Numbered from the whole stretch's first letter, positions 48,794 to 61,280 are shown. The stretch is DNA of 63,159 nucleotides, filler included, from Stramenopiles sp. TOSAG23-2 (GCA_900128395.1; 13 parts of 13 records of this genome joined end to end with filler, not necessarily neighbours in it), one strand, 5' to 3'. Translations and numbers: made by a program. Notes: generated by a model from the letters alone, not told the origin.

Positions 48794-50760
48794 ACGGCAA
48801 TAAAGGGGTTGCATGGGGATTTTATAATGATGTAACAAACGACATTGGGTGGAGTGTTTTGCAAATTGACACTTCAAAAACATATTTAGATGAAGAGCAA
48901 ATGTATGCTGCTGGTTTGTTGGAAGGGTTTTTGACTGCAACGCGTATAAGGCAACTTTTTATTAACGATAAAGCTTTACGTGACCAAGATCAACTGAAAA
49001 ATTTATATTCCTACTTTGAAGTACAAGATGACTTCATACGTATAAAATACAAAGAAGCTATGAAAACGACGCCAAAATCGGAAGATGAACATGATAGCCA
49101 TGCATATTGGAGGCAAGTAGGGCTAGAATTAGCACAACTCGATGGTCTTCTAGATGGATACAATAATGGTGTTTCCTCGGAGCATAAACTTCGTTTAGGG
49201 GATATGTGGTTATTAAATATGGATGGTGATGTTATTGATTTAGAACGTGCATTTAGTACTGGCCAATTATCAGTGCAACAAGTGTCAAATGAAGCAGAAA
49301 CTAGACAATCCAACGTTGGTGGTTTAGGCGATTTAACTGGACAAATGCGTTTTAAAGAAATTGTTAGTATCATTTTAAACAAGAATAAAAAAATGAATAA
49401 TAATGATAATAATAATAATAATAATAAAAATAGTGAAAATAAGAAGAAACTTTTGCCAACCATTGTACCAGGTCCAAGGGCTATGGAATACAATAGCAAT
49501 TTTAACAAAAATGATCCATTAGCTATGGAAAAACGCTATAGTGAAAAGAAATGGGATATTCTTCAACGACATAGTAGATGTAGTGCGTTGATTAAAGTAT
49601 TGCCTGATTTCTCTGATATATATGTTGGTCATACTACATGGGCAGATTATAGTGAATTATTGAGGATATGGAAAACATATAATTTTCAGCTTAAAGATCC
49701 TGCAGTGGTTGCGAAGAAAATTTCATTTTCTAGTTATGCTGGTATGATATCTTCTACAGATGATTGGTATATAACAGATGCTGGATTATTAATCTTAGAA
49801 ACGACTACAAATGTTGAAGATGAAAATGCATTATCGCAAATTAACCCAAAAGGTAGTGTTGTTAGTTGGATTAGAACTATGGTTGCTAATCGTTTAGCGA
49901 AGATAGGTAAAGATTGGGCAGATATTTATGCGCAGCAAAATAGTGGAACATATAATTGCGAATGGATGATTTTAGATTATAACAAATTTTCTGCTGGAAG
50001 CAAACCTAAAGCTGGTTTTTTCACGATGATTGAACAGGTTCCAGGCAAAATACATCAAGAAGATATGACAGAAACGTTGTTAAATCGTGGTGATAAAAAA
50101 TGTCCTGATACCAATGGGGATAGTGAGATGCTTCGAAAATGCAAAGAGAAGCATATGTACTGGCCTTCAATAAATCGTCCATACTTCAAAGACATACGTG
50201 ATGCTGCTGGTTATCCACTGGATGCTGCCAGCACACCGCAAAATGAGTTTTTTTCTTTCGAAGATAATCCAAGAGGTCGATTATTGCAACGTGATCAAAA
50301 ATTTGTTGGTTCTGTAGATGATATGATGGTTTTAATGCAATATAATGACCCGGCGGATCCAATGCAAGGGAAAGCTGGGCATGCCATTTCTGCACGTTTT
50401 GATGTACCAGATGCAGAAACTGGCACGACGCAACGTAAACCAACTGGTGGCATTGAGTCAAAAGTGACAAATGCAAAAATGGTGCGTGAATTAGCTAGTG
50501 TGGCTCAATTAGGACCATCTCATGACGCAAAATTGCCTAAATGGAGAGACCCAGGACAAAGTAAACCAGGGCCAATGAAACCTTTTCGATGGGATGCTGA
50601 TGATAGTTTTATGAAAATACCACATTATGGTATACCAATGGAACTGGGATTTCCATGGCAAATGATGGGACCATCATATAAAGATTCGTTCCCTCAAAGC
50701 AAAGAAACTGTACATAATGAAATTGAGAAACATGAGACTGATTTACCATCATCTAAATAA
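48794..50760 (+). CDS. Phospholipase B-like Ntn hydrolase (PLBD1/2 family), last exon (5' partial)
   Basis: GWSVLQI, QMYAAGLLEGFLT, RCSALIK (Ntn Cys nucleophile), GHTTW.DY, FSSYAG..SSTDDWY, ETT, NSGTYN.EWM..DY, YWPS.N.PYF, AISARFD; AG acceptor at 48792-48793. Confidence 0.93.
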
Positions 50761-51206
50761 ATATTACAAAAAGAGTACGTTGGTACAAACCTTTTCGTGT
50801 TGTATTTTTTATATTGAAAACATCGAGAGGAAAAAGAGATGTATGCGTGTGTGTGTGTATTGGTTTGGTTAAGTTATTATTTTGAGTGTATGATTGGAAT
50901 TATCACAAGTAGAATTCGTATACACAAAAAATTCTCTTATTTATTTAATTTAAAGATTTTATTTATACTCATAAATATATTATAATATATACGCGTATCA
51001 TAATTCATACTCTGGTATAATACGAGTGTATATAATACGAGGTATATCTAGAGGATATTATGCATATCAAACCTTATCATACGAGTACATGTGTGATACA
51101 TATCATATGCATATATCATACGAGATATTTCTCTCCTCCTACACGAACGAGTACTCGGTACAGTGAACCATAATATGGTACTTCATAATATTGATATTCT
51201 GCATCT

Positions 51207-51879
51207 TTATTGTAATGCAGCGTACAAAGCATCTGCTAAATTTTCAGCGTTTGGTGCAATTTGAGCAGTGAATTCAACTTTAATCTCATCACCATTTTTG
51301 CTGCTTCCGCCATCAAGAGTAACAGTCCCTGTAACTTTAGACTTTAAAGGTACTGGAGATTTGGATGGAAGAGTAAGTGGAATATTTTTCACTAAGTGAG
51401 TTGCTTTGATTGGGCATGGTGGCAATGCAAATGAAACCGTTTTCTTAACAATTGGGATTGTAATTGTGCAGTTTGCACCACATGCTTGGCATGTAAACTA
51501 TAGCAAAATATTAAATAGATAGATATATATAGTATATTTCAGGGTTAGTTTGGTTTGTTTTATTTCCTATTTTTTTTATTTGTAGATGTCAACTTGTATT
51601 TACCTTAAGCGGAAGAATACCATCAACTTTTGCATCAACACTAAAGGTTGTTCCTTTGACAATATCATTGCTTAATGTTGCATTTACATCGATGGTCAAT
51701 TTTTCTCCCCAATTCAAAGTACAGTCATTTGATCCATATTGATCATGACTTGTACAACCAGTGGATAATGTAGCACTACCTTCAAACCCAGGTGCTACGG
51801 TATCAACAGTTCTTGAGAATTGAATGTCAGCTGATGATACAGCAAATAAGCAAATTAATAAAACAGCAGTAAATTTCAT
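51207..51879 (-). CDS. Secreted beta-rich Cys-containing protein, ML (MD-2/NPC2/GM2AP)-like; 2 exons (51879-51604, 51497-51207), 188 aa
   Basis: Signal peptide MKFTAVLLICLFAVSSA. A GTAAAT...CTAAC...TAG intron joins the two ORFs in frame (LPLK|FTCQACGANC...PPCPI). The ML assignment comes from size, Cys spacing and the CPI motif only. Confidence 0.7.
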
Positions 51880-52639
51880 TATTGTTTAATATTATAATTT
51901 GATTCTTCAATTAAAATTTGTAAAGTAAATAGATTCTTGTAAATGTAGATATGTGTGTGTGTACGTGTATATATATATATTGTTCTTTGTGTAAATAACA
52001 TCTTGATGCTTTGATCTAATATATTTATCTGTATTATTAATAATATTTATGTGTGAAGTAATAAGTATGTAATTCAATCAATTATTATACAAATATGGAT
52101 TATGGATGATATTTCTATGCTAATAGCCAATATAAATATAGGTAATGCTGATCCTATTCTTCTTTTTCTGGCCAGCAAGCCTTAGGGCAAGGCCAGCCCG
52201 GCTGTGGCTTCTATGTATTTTTTTAATAGTATGACATATTATAATATAATACTTTAACTTGGTAAATAATATTATTTACACTGTATAATACTGCAACTAT
52301 AATAATAGCTACTATTAATACTCTGGACTGGACTGGACACCAGAGATTTTCCTTGCCACAGTTACTACAGTACATTTATTATATTCTTTTTCTTATTAAA
52401 TAAATTTGTTGTAGCCACAGTAATTATAGTTGTAAAAAAGGAAACCAAAGAAATACACAACTATTTTACTAATTTAATTAGTAACTGATTGTTTAATGTT
52501 TTTAAATATATATGTAATAGAAATAATAGTAATAAATATAGTAGATAAAGATTGCGTATAATTATGTAATTTTTCTGTTGTATATGTTTAATAATTGTCC
52601 CACACAAAAAAAACAATAATTGTAAATAAACGTATAAAT

Positions 52640-53401
52640 ATGTACACTGTTATCAACTACAAGTTACAAGATGATATTATTGGAAGACAGAAACGTCGGG
52701 TTGATTCCAGGATAAAGTTTGAGAAACAACTTTTAGATACTATAATGAAAGGTAAAGAAGGCGATGGGTTGGATTCAGAAGCTGCCTTCGCGGCGAAACA
52801 AGCTGCTATGCGGACCGGAAAAGTAAAAGAAAAATCTAAACAACAAGAAGCACAGGATCTTATAGAAGAAGCTAAGTTTAAAGGCCCAAGAGATATAGTA
52901 CGAGTCATGCAAGGTAATTCACGTAATCCATTTGTTCAAGCTAAGGGTTGTGCAGCATTTTCGGAAATGGCATCATTTTCAATGCGGGAGAGGCATTCGA
53001 GATATGAAGGTATGTTCACTTTTAAACGTAGTGCAGAAGTTGCACCAATAGAAAATATGAATTTAACTTTAGGTAAAATCGGTGCTTTGAACTGTGTTCT
53101 TCAAGCCTTAGTTAAACATCGTGCAAATAAACAAGTTGTATGGAGAGCAACTTGGTGTGCACAATGGCTAGTAAAATCTAAGCCTAATAAAGAACAATTT
53201 TTAGACGCTGGTGGGGTATCAACAGTAAAAAATGTGATGGCTTGCCATGAATCCGATGGCCCATTGCTAAAAGAATTAAACAATTTATTGATATTACTTG
53301 GTGCTGAAAAACAATCTTATTATAGTCATGTATTCGATGGACCTGTTGATACTTCAAAGCCATCTGGATGTTATCATCGAGGAGAGTGTAATATACTCTA
53401 A
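52640..53401 (+). CDS. Armadillo-like repeat protein with C-terminal CaaX (CNIL); 5' end uncertain
   Basis: VQAKGCAAFSEMA, GALNCVLQALVKH..NKQVVWRA.W, NKEQFLDAGGV..V..VM..H; ends in CNIL*. Confidence 0.65.
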   Translation: MYTVINYKLQDDIIGRQKRRVDSRIKFEKQLLDTIMKGKEGDGLDSEAAFAAKQAAMRTGKVKEKSKQQEAQDLIEEAKFKGPRDIVRVMQGNSRNPFVQAKGCAAFSEMASFSMRERHSRYEGMFTFKRSAEVAPIENMNLTLGKIGALNCVLQALVKHRANKQVVWRATWCAQWLVKSKPNKEQFLDAGGVSTVKNVMACHESDGPLLKELNNLLILLGAEKQSYYSHVFDGPVDTSKPSGCYHRGECNIL

Positions 53402-53880
53402 AAAAAATGAGAAAAAGGAGCTATTGTGTACGAGGAGGGTAGTAGCGTATTTTTAAATTATCACAAAAGGTTTGTGAATTTAAAANNNNNNNNNNNNNNN
53501 NNNNNNNNNNNNNNNNNNNNNNNNNNNNNTTAATTAATTAANNNNNNNNNNNNNNNNNNNNNNNNNNNNNNNNNNNNNNNNNNNNGAATATTTCCCCCAT
53601 AGTGAATAGTATTAAGTGCACAGTTTTGACACGGTTTAGAGGGTAGCACTGCGCGCGTCTTTTTATTTTTTTCCATTATCTATGTCGCCAGATAAAATCA
53701 ATTCATGCCTATTATGATGAAATTATTATTGTTTTTTTTTGGGTTGAAAGGCCTTTTTGATATATACATAGGACTGAACATGTACATCAAATGGACGAGG
53801 AGAGAAATAATGGATAAATATAGATAGATAAACTTGTATACATCTATAGGAGATATCATATTATTTTTTTGAGAACAACC

Positions 53881-55929
53881 ATGGCTTCTCCTACTTTCCC
53901 TTCTTCTTCTTCTTCTGCACCATCTTCCATTCAACAACAATTTGTACAAAATGGATTTGTTGTTATTCCAACTGCTACGCCTGGTAAATTGCATGATTAT
54001 ATATATAATAGAATGCAAACTGATTTATTTGAATATGCTGGTGGAAACAAGAAACTGCAGCAATATCGTAAAGTATTAAAGGATGAATTGGGTGATGAAT
54101 TTAAAACCGTTTGGAACGACGTTAGATTTACAAATGCATTGAAAGAGATTTTAGGTGATTATTATTACGCAAATACGGAAGAAGGTGTTTCTGGATTCCC
54201 ACATTATAAATTTTCAACAATTATAGGACAAGCCTATCATAAAGATAATTATAATCATTGGCCACGAACACATTTTCCAGATGGAGTCATTTGTATGTAT
54301 TATCCGCAAGACGTTGATGAAGAAATGGGTCCAACAAAGTTATTACCAGGTTCCCAATATCTTCAATTAGATCGTGAGAAAGATTTTAGAGGTGAAGATT
54401 ATATTGGACCACAATGGTTATTACAGACTAATAAAGCGTTTTGGGATGCATCAAAAACAAAAGAAACTAGGCAAAAAGTTGACAAAGAATATGAAGATAA
54501 TTTCATATCAGAAATACATAAATTATATAATAATAGAAAGAAGAACAACAAAAATACAAACAATTATATAAAACCATTTAAAGCGACTGTTCGTAAAGGT
54601 ACAATAGTTATTATGCAGCAACATTTATATCATCGAGCATCAGCAAGTAAAGATATTAATTTACGTAAGCGATTTGGTTTTAAAAGATTGTATCATCGGG
54701 TGTTGCATTATTATAATAATAATAATAATAAATTATTACTATCCAATCATAGTAAAAAAAATATTTTCTTTAAAAAGAACAACAAGAAAAAAACAAGTAT
54801 GCAACGTCAATTACCATCTTCTTTTTTACATAGATGTATGTTTAATTATATGAAACATAATGGATATCACAGTTTCACAAACAATAATAAAATGTATAAT
54901 GGTGTCTCAGATGTTGATATAATGAAAGCGTTAAATGTATTCAATAATTATGAATCATCATCATCGTCATCATTAAATGATAACAATAAAATGATCGTGA
55001 TTAGTGAAGAAGAACTTACAAATGCCGCTTATGTTTTAGGATATGCATCTTCATCATCAAAGGAAATATATGAGATCATCGAAAATCACTTTTTACATTC
55101 AGCATTAGAATCATTGCAACGAGCATGTATGCGTAGTATAACAGTAATGAGTAATATAAATGCAACAAATATAGTAATAAATGGTTTGAAAAATAATTCG
55201 AATGATAATATTAGGGCATATAGTGTATTTGCATCTTGTTATTCCATTTTAAATCCCACCATATCATTTTTAAATATTTTAAAACATCATGCATTTGAAG
55301 ATACTTGCTATCGCGTTCAATCATTAGCAATATATGCAATGGGATTTTTATATCAAAAAATTAATAACGATGAGAAAAACAATATGAAAAAAAAACGAAT
55401 GTTAATATTAAACACATTAAATATGGCATTTCAACACAATAATAGTAATAATAAGAAGAGGAAGAAAGAAAAAACTAACACTCTTGATGATGACGAGAAG
55501 ATATATTTAAATAATGTAATACAACATTTAGGTTTACATGAGACAGAGTTAAATGATAAAAAGAAAATTAATGAAAAAATGTCCTTGTGGTTTTCAAGAT
55601 TAGGATCGTATAAAGCTTTACCAATTGCGAATGGAGGTAAATTTGCATTTTCAAGTAAATTATATGATGCATTTTTTATATATCAAAAGAAAGTTTTGTG
55701 GAAAAATAGGATTAAATATGCTTCAAATGAAACATTAATTCGTTGTTATTTAGATTTTATGCGTAGGTATATTGTTGTTGATGATGATGATTTAGGTATA
55801 TATGAAGAAGAAAAATTGTTATTGGAAAAAATGATTCAGTCGTATAGTAACCGGCATAATATGGATGAATTAAATCGTATTGTTGGAATTATGAAAGAAA
55901 ATATTGTTGCAGGTAAAAGTAAAATGTGA
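53881..55929 (+). CDS. PhyH-family 2OG-Fe(II) dioxygenase with C-terminal HEAT-like repeats
   Basis: QQFVQNGFVVI, YHKD (HxD), YYPQDV.EEMGPT.LLPGSQY, KGTIVI..HLYHRA; HEAT-like NAAYVLG, NIRAYSVFA, RVQSLAIYAMG. Confidence 0.8.
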   Translation: MASPTFPSSSSSAPSSIQQQFVQNGFVVIPTATPGKLHDYIYNRMQTDLFEYAGGNKKLQQYRKVLKDELGDEFKTVWNDVRFTNALKEILGDYYYANTEEGVSGFPHYKFSTIIGQAYHKDNYNHWPRTHFPDGVICMYYPQDVDEEMGPTKLLPGSQYLQLDREKDFRGEDYIGPQWLLQTNKAFWDASKTKETRQKVDKEYEDNFISEIHKLYNNRKKNNKNTNNYIKPFKATVRKGTIVIMQQHLYHRASASKDINLRKRFGFKRLYHRVLHYYNNNNNKLLLSNHSKKNIFFKKNNKKKTSMQRQLPSSFLHRCMFNYMKHNGYHSFTNNNKMYNGVSDVDIMKALNVFNNYESSSSSSLNDNNKMIVISEEELTNAAYVLGYASSSSKEIYEIIENHFLHSALESLQRACMRSITVMSNINATNIVINGLKNNSNDNIRAYSVFASCYSILNPTISFLNILKHHAFEDTCYRVQSLAIYAMGFLYQKINNDEKNNMKKKRMLILNTLNMAFQHNNSNNKKRKKEKTNTLDDDEKIYLNNVIQHLGLHETELNDKKKINEKMSLWFSRLGSYKALPIANGGKFAFSSKLYDAFFIYQKKVLWKNRIKYASNETLIRCYLDFMRRYIVVDDDDLGIYEEEKLLLEKMIQSYSNRHNMDELNRIVGIMKENIVAGKSKM

Positions 55930-56540
55930 GATCTAAAAATTTAATTATATTTATAAAGCTTAAACTTAATTTTACACAAATTTTGTTCGCCTTTATTAAT
56001 AGGCGAACATTTTGGATTTCATTTTCTTTTTTAAAATGTAAATGTAACTTCTGGTTTTGCCGTGTTGTTTGCTTTCTTTTTCTCTTTTTCATCAACGCGT
56101 GACGCGTGAGTGGGATATTAATATGTAAAATTAGGAATTAGGGCGTACTTTCTATGGCAATGCTCAGGTTTATATAAGTACAAAGGTCTGAGGTCTGAGC
56201 TTTTAACACAAAAAACGCATCAATTTTTCAGTCTGACATCTGACACAAAAAAAAAAAAACCCTTACAAATTTGTCGTTCACCAAAATGCTAATGCTATTC
56301 GCCTCTATTTTACCTGAAAAAATTGCCGCCGTTATACCATTTGGGTGAAATGGTGAAATACATCCACACATGGATATATATTACGAGGTATATATAGTAT
56401 ATATATAAAAGCATAAAATTGTATATTTAAACATTATATATTTTTTTATATATTATATATTAGATCTCATATTGAAAAACATTTATATTAAAGTAGATTT
56501 TAAATAATATATTATTCTTACATACAGTATAAAAAAAAAT

Positions 56541-57389
56541 ATGAATACTATTAATACGATGGAAAAGGAGGATAATGTACAAAAACCAAACCTTGTTGTA
56601 AATACAAGTGATGATTTTGGTATTCCACCACCTCCGTCATCACCACCACCAAATGCAACAAATGCAAATGCTAATTCATCAGGTTTTACAAACGATATGA
56701 AAACATTTTGCAATAAGTGTTGCTTAAAACCGAGGGATTGCAAGAAACGATATGATGAAGATATGGAAGAATATTCAAATTTTAAGATGGACGGATCTTG
56801 TTGCAAATGTATTCATGCATTTGAATTTTTCTTATTATTAATCAACGGTCCAAATCTTCTTACGCATTGGAATATTGAATATGACTATACAGGTGTATGG
56901 ACAAATGCTGTAGAAGGTGCTAAATTAAGTCAAGTAATTCAACCAGGCGATATTGTAAAAGTCAAATATACTCAAAATAGTGCTAGGCCAATACAAGATA
57001 AGAGCGGTAATAACATGACGAGTTGGGGCCCACAATTAGTTCAAAACAAAATTGGAAGTAATGGAAATAACAACAACAACAACAACAATAATAACAATAA
57101 CAACAACAAGCTTAGGAATGATTATTATAATAAGAATGTGGTAAATTGCAAGACAATACAAAACTGGAAAAAACCAAATGATGACAATCCGTCGTATAAT
57201 TATACCATCTTGGTAATTCCACTTGTTCTTGCTGCTTTAATTACATTGTTTTGCATGTCGGTAGTAACATGTTTCTGTAGATGTAGTTGTTGTTGCCGCA
57301 ATTTATTATTTAAACCAAAAGAAAAAAAAGAGGAGGAGAAGAATGGAGAAGAAGAGAAGAAGAAAAAGAAGGGTTGTTGTTGTTGTTGA
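56541..57389 (+). CDS. Cys-rich single-pass membrane protein ending in KKKKKGCCCC
   Basis: TM ILVIPLVLAALITLFCMSVV followed by CFCRCSCCC; polybasic plus poly-Cys C-terminus. Confidence 0.7.
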   Translation: MNTINTMEKEDNVQKPNLVVNTSDDFGIPPPPSSPPPNATNANANSSGFTNDMKTFCNKCCLKPRDCKKRYDEDMEEYSNFKMDGSCCKCIHAFEFFLLLINGPNLLTHWNIEYDYTGVWTNAVEGAKLSQVIQPGDIVKVKYTQNSARPIQDKSGNNMTSWGPQLVQNKIGSNGNNNNNNNNNNNNNNKLRNDYYNKNVVNCKTIQNWKKPNDDNPSYNYTILVIPLVLAALITLFCMSVVTCFCRCSCCCRNLLFKPKEKKEEEKNGEEEKKKKKGCCCC

Positions 57390-57573
57390 TTTGGGAGATG
57401 AAGATATGTCACACTTCCATAGCTTAATATTTTAAAATCTAAGAAGTGCGTTATTAATATAATAGTATGATACGTAAATACGAAAGTAATTTAAAAAAAA
57501 AAATATAAAAAAATATATGTGATATTCTCTTGTAAATACTATATATGCCCAATACTCCAAGAGCCTTTATTTC

Positions 57574-58092
57574 TCAATACAACGTATTCACCATATTATT
57601 CACAGCTGCTTGCAATGCATTGTGTTGAAATTGTTGAAATCTTATTTCTGCCATTGCTTTGCCAAATGCTTTTAAAATTCTTCCTTTCGTGGTCATTGCA
57701 TGTTGATGCATGCTCGTTAATTCACGACGTTGAATTTCATTATTTGCACGTATATCTTCTAATCTATCTTTTGCTGCATTGATTGAATCATCTATTTTTT
57801 CTAATAATTTTATTGGTGTTAATTTTAAATGATGTTGTGAATTAACGTTTGTTTTTTTAATTAATTTATCTAATTCCATATCCAATTCTTCATTTTCTTC
57901 ACTTAAATTTCGATGTATATCATATAATTTTTTTTTTCGAAAACGTAATTTTGCATATTCATTTTGTAATTCCAATTTACGTTGTTGTAATTCAATAAAT
58001 GTTGCCTCTGCATATTCTGTATTTTGCTTTGCTTGTTGTAAACTATTTGCTTTTTCAACTTTTTTTCTTCTTTGCACCTTTGTGCCTTTCAA
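57574..58092 (-). CDS. Coiled-coil protein, probable last exon
   Basis: Heptad-rich 172-aa frame without ATG start, preceded by candidate AG acceptors near 58096-58111. Confidence 0.55.
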   Translation of the reverse strand: MKGTKVQRRKKVEKANSLQQAKQNTEYAEATFIELQQRKLELQNEYAKLRFRKKKLYDIHRNLSEENEELDMELDKLIKKTNVNSQHHLKLTPIKLLEKIDDSINAAKDRLEDIRANNEIQRRELTSMHQHAMTTKGRILKAFGKAMAEIRFQQFQHNALQAAVNNMVNTLY

Positions 58093-58423
58093 GTTCTGCT
58101 AATCTTCTTCCTAAATATATAAGAAAAGAAAATAATTTTGTTATTCTACTAAGTATAAACAGTTTAATATTCCTATATCACTTTTTTAAAATTCGGACAC
58201 TTTTTTTTTTCCCGGAGACTTTTTAAGGTCAAATCTACTACACTCTCGTGAACTTGAGCACTCTAACACTTACTCAGGAAACCCCGCTATGCTATTCGCA
58301 TATACAGTATGGCAGCGACTGCGNNNNNNNNNNNNNNNNNNNNNNNNNNNNNNNNNNNNNNNNNNNNTTAATTAATTAANNNNNNNNNNNNNNNNNNNNN
58401 NNNNNNNNNNNNNNNNNNNNNNN

Positions 58424-58933
58424 ATTCTTTAAGCCTTCTGCATTGCTTTCATTCGACGAAATTTGAGTTTTAAATTTATTCGCTCTTTCATTAACTAAAT
58501 TGAAATCTCTTTTTAGCGTATCCAACTGTTCCATCAATTCTTCAATTTCACTACTTTTCTCTTCTAATTTGTCTTCAAGCGTCTCAACTTCCTTCTTTGT
58601 TATGCGCATTGTTTCATTTAAAAGTTTAATTTCTTTTTTGTATTTGTCAATTACATGTTGCATTTCTTTTTCTAACTCCGCGTATTTATTAGCACTATTT
58701 TGCTTTTCCTGATTTAACGTTTGTATTGTTAGGCTTAATCTATCCCTTGTATTTTTCCAGTCTTTTCTCTCATTTTCCAATTTTTCGTTCGTTTTCTTTA
58801 ATTCTGCCTCAAGTTTTAAAATTTTCATTTCATCTTTTTTGTATTTTGTTTTTAACACATTTACTTCATTTTTGTAGATGGTCCTAGACTTTTCTTTACA
58901 GTAGCTCAGAGCTAGTAAATCTACAGTAACCAC
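58424..58933 (-). CDS. Coiled-coil protein fragment (3' partial, start uncertain)
   Basis: E/K-rich heptads running into the linker. Confidence 0.6.
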
Positions 58934-59571
58934 GAGCTTTTGAACGTATAAATATCTAAATTATGTTAATACCTTATATTGAATATTGAAGTATACTGAT
59001 ATCTAGCTACAAAGCTACAAAACAACACTATTTCAAAGTTAAATTTTTCTATCAAACTTCCTCCTCGTAGTTGATCATAGCATACTACTACTGTACATCA
59101 TACACGCATACCGCATATTTTATAGGCCTTTATTTTATTTTTAAACCCATGATAGGGCATACATTCTATAGTTTAAGTATAGTGGAGAGAAGTAGCCACA
59201 GGATGTATGATTGATGTAATTTCTTCATTAAATTTTGAATGTAAAAAAATTTCAAAAATAATACATATAATATAAATATAATAACGATTTTTGCTACTTT
59301 TTTTATAACTACACACAATTGGAATTAGAGAAATAATATAAATAATAATATATATTTTATTTGATTGTCTACAAAATATATATCACTAATATATTATTAA
59401 GAAAAGAAACGTGAATTGTAGGCGCATATATATATATTCATACACATTTCAAATAAGAATAGAGAGAGGGAGAAAAAATATATTATAAATTGCATATATT
59501 CGTCGGCAGTGTTTATAATCAGTAAGCGTTCAAGTATTAGTAAACAATAATAAAAGAAAAAAATATAAATC

Positions 59572-60651
59572 ATGGGTGTAGAAGTATTTCGTGTTCCGTT
59601 ATACCGCCGATATTTAGCTGATAGATTAACATGTGGATATTGTTTAGCATTATTCTTCTGGTTTACTGTTATAGTCTTGCCATTTTTCATGGCGTATACC
59701 TCAGAAAGCTTTTGGATGAAAAGAAATACCTATAGAGAGATGCCAAAAGTCTCTTTTAAATATCAAGTGTTGGTACATGCAGGTATTTCGTCAACGAGTG
59801 CACCAGATATACAAAAAATTACATATGCATTAAGACCAGAAACTGCTGCTATATTGGAATCAACATACCGGGTGCCTAAATTGCGTTTCTGGGACGAAGA
59901 TAGTAATAACGATGGTTTTCCAGAGTTGATGCAGTTAGAAATGGAATTGCCATTGAAAAGCACTGAGCAAATCCATAGTATCGATGCAATTGCTGTCTTT
60001 CAAATGGAATTGAGTATGCGTTCAAAATTAAAATTTGAAGCGCCTATACTTATACAACATGAAAGTCCTTTTCGTGGCGAATCATTGTACGTGGATGGTA
60101 TGATGGATTTTGTGCAGCGAGAAGCATTGCATGTGCGAGGTGGCTTTAAGACGCCAGATTCTGGCACTCCATTGCTTGGCTTACAGAAACCATCAAACCC
60201 GAAAAAAGGATTTGTTAAAGTGCCAAAATATTCTATACATGATGTATCCATGAAAACATTATTAGGTGAAATTCAAAAACGTAATTTTACAACATATTAT
60301 ACAAATGCATTAAAAACATGGTCACCACGACCTGAAGCATCAACTCCAGTGAATTTGGATCCATCATATTCAAGACCATTTAAGTTACACGCGGNNNNNN
60401 NNNNNNNNNNNNNNNNNNNNNNNNNNNNNNNNNNNNNNNNNNNNNNTATACATGTACCAGAGCAAGTTATTACATATATACCATCTCTGTCGGAGATGTT
60501 AAAGTTTGGTTTCATACAATATTTGTCAATGGCATTTATCGTTTACCTCATATCATGGTATGCAATTGAATTTGTTTTCACATATCAAGTTGTTGATACT
60601 ACAAGTCGTTTAGATACTCAATATTATGGACCAAAAGTACATAAATTTTAA
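59572..60651 (+). CDS. TMEM231: Ciliary transition-zone protein TMEM231 (spans assembly gap 60395-60446)
   Basis: EVF..P..RRY.A....TM..PF..AY.S..FW.KR..Y.E.P.V.F.YQVL and C-terminal P.Q.I.Y.PS..EMLKF..IQY.S....FVF..QVV.T. Confidence 0.9.
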   Translation: MGVEVFRVPLYRRYLADRLTCGYCLALFFWFTVIVLPFFMAYTSESFWMKRNTYREMPKVSFKYQVLVHAGISSTSAPDIQKITYALRPETAAILESTYRVPKLRFWDEDSNNDGFPELMQLEMELPLKSTEQIHSIDAIAVFQMELSMRSKLKFEAPILIQHESPFRGESLYVDGMMDFVQREALHVRGGFKTPDSGTPLLGLQKPSNPKKGFVKVPKYSIHDVSMKTLLGEIQKRNFTTYYTNALKTWSPRPEASTPVNLDPSYSRPFKLHAXXXXXXXXXXXXXXXXXXIHVPEQVITYIPSLSEMLKFGFIQYLSMAFIVYLISWYAIEFVFTYQVVDTTSRLDTQYYGPKVHKF

Positions 60652-60772
60652 TTTGTTACTAATATTATATTAAAATAGGGATAAACCGATAAAAAAAAAT
60701 TAGACGTAGGACTATTGAAAGGCAATATGAATCTCGTATCATAGAAGGTATATATATATATAATATACGTAT

Positions 60773-60790
60773 GTGTGTGTGTGTGTGTGT
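60773..60790. repeat. (TG)n microsatellite
   Basis: About 9 TG units. Confidence 0.8.
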
Positions 60791-61280
60791 ACGTACAGTA
60801 TTATTTATACAATATTGATATGATTGATTTGATATAATATTGTGTACTATTTTAATTATTGTATGGATAGCAGGTACGTATCATTGATGAGCTCTCCAGC
60901 TCTCCATCAGTTCAATTTTTGAAATGAAATACAGTACATGTAGTGTGCTAGTACTAGACGACTACTATGAATTGTATGTATTTGATAGATATAATATGTT
61001 ATTTAGTATACGATAAGTACGAAAGTTAATTAATAACAATGCTGCAATGCACACCAATACTATTACTACCTCCTCTGTACTATAATACTCCTCCAAAAAA
61101 TATTTATATAATGTTGCTAATACAAAACATACTTTTTTAGTATAGAAGCGACGACAAAATATTATTATCACATGTTCCGGACTTAGACAAGTTATACATG
61201 TATTCAAACTGAATACGATACAAAATAACAACACTCATTATCATCTATATTCATCATATAACAGTAAGAACATAAAAATA

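Noticed and set aside
57375-57401. TGA after poly-Cys read as selenocysteine
   Set aside because: A second TGA follows four codons later and I see no convincing SECIS downstream.
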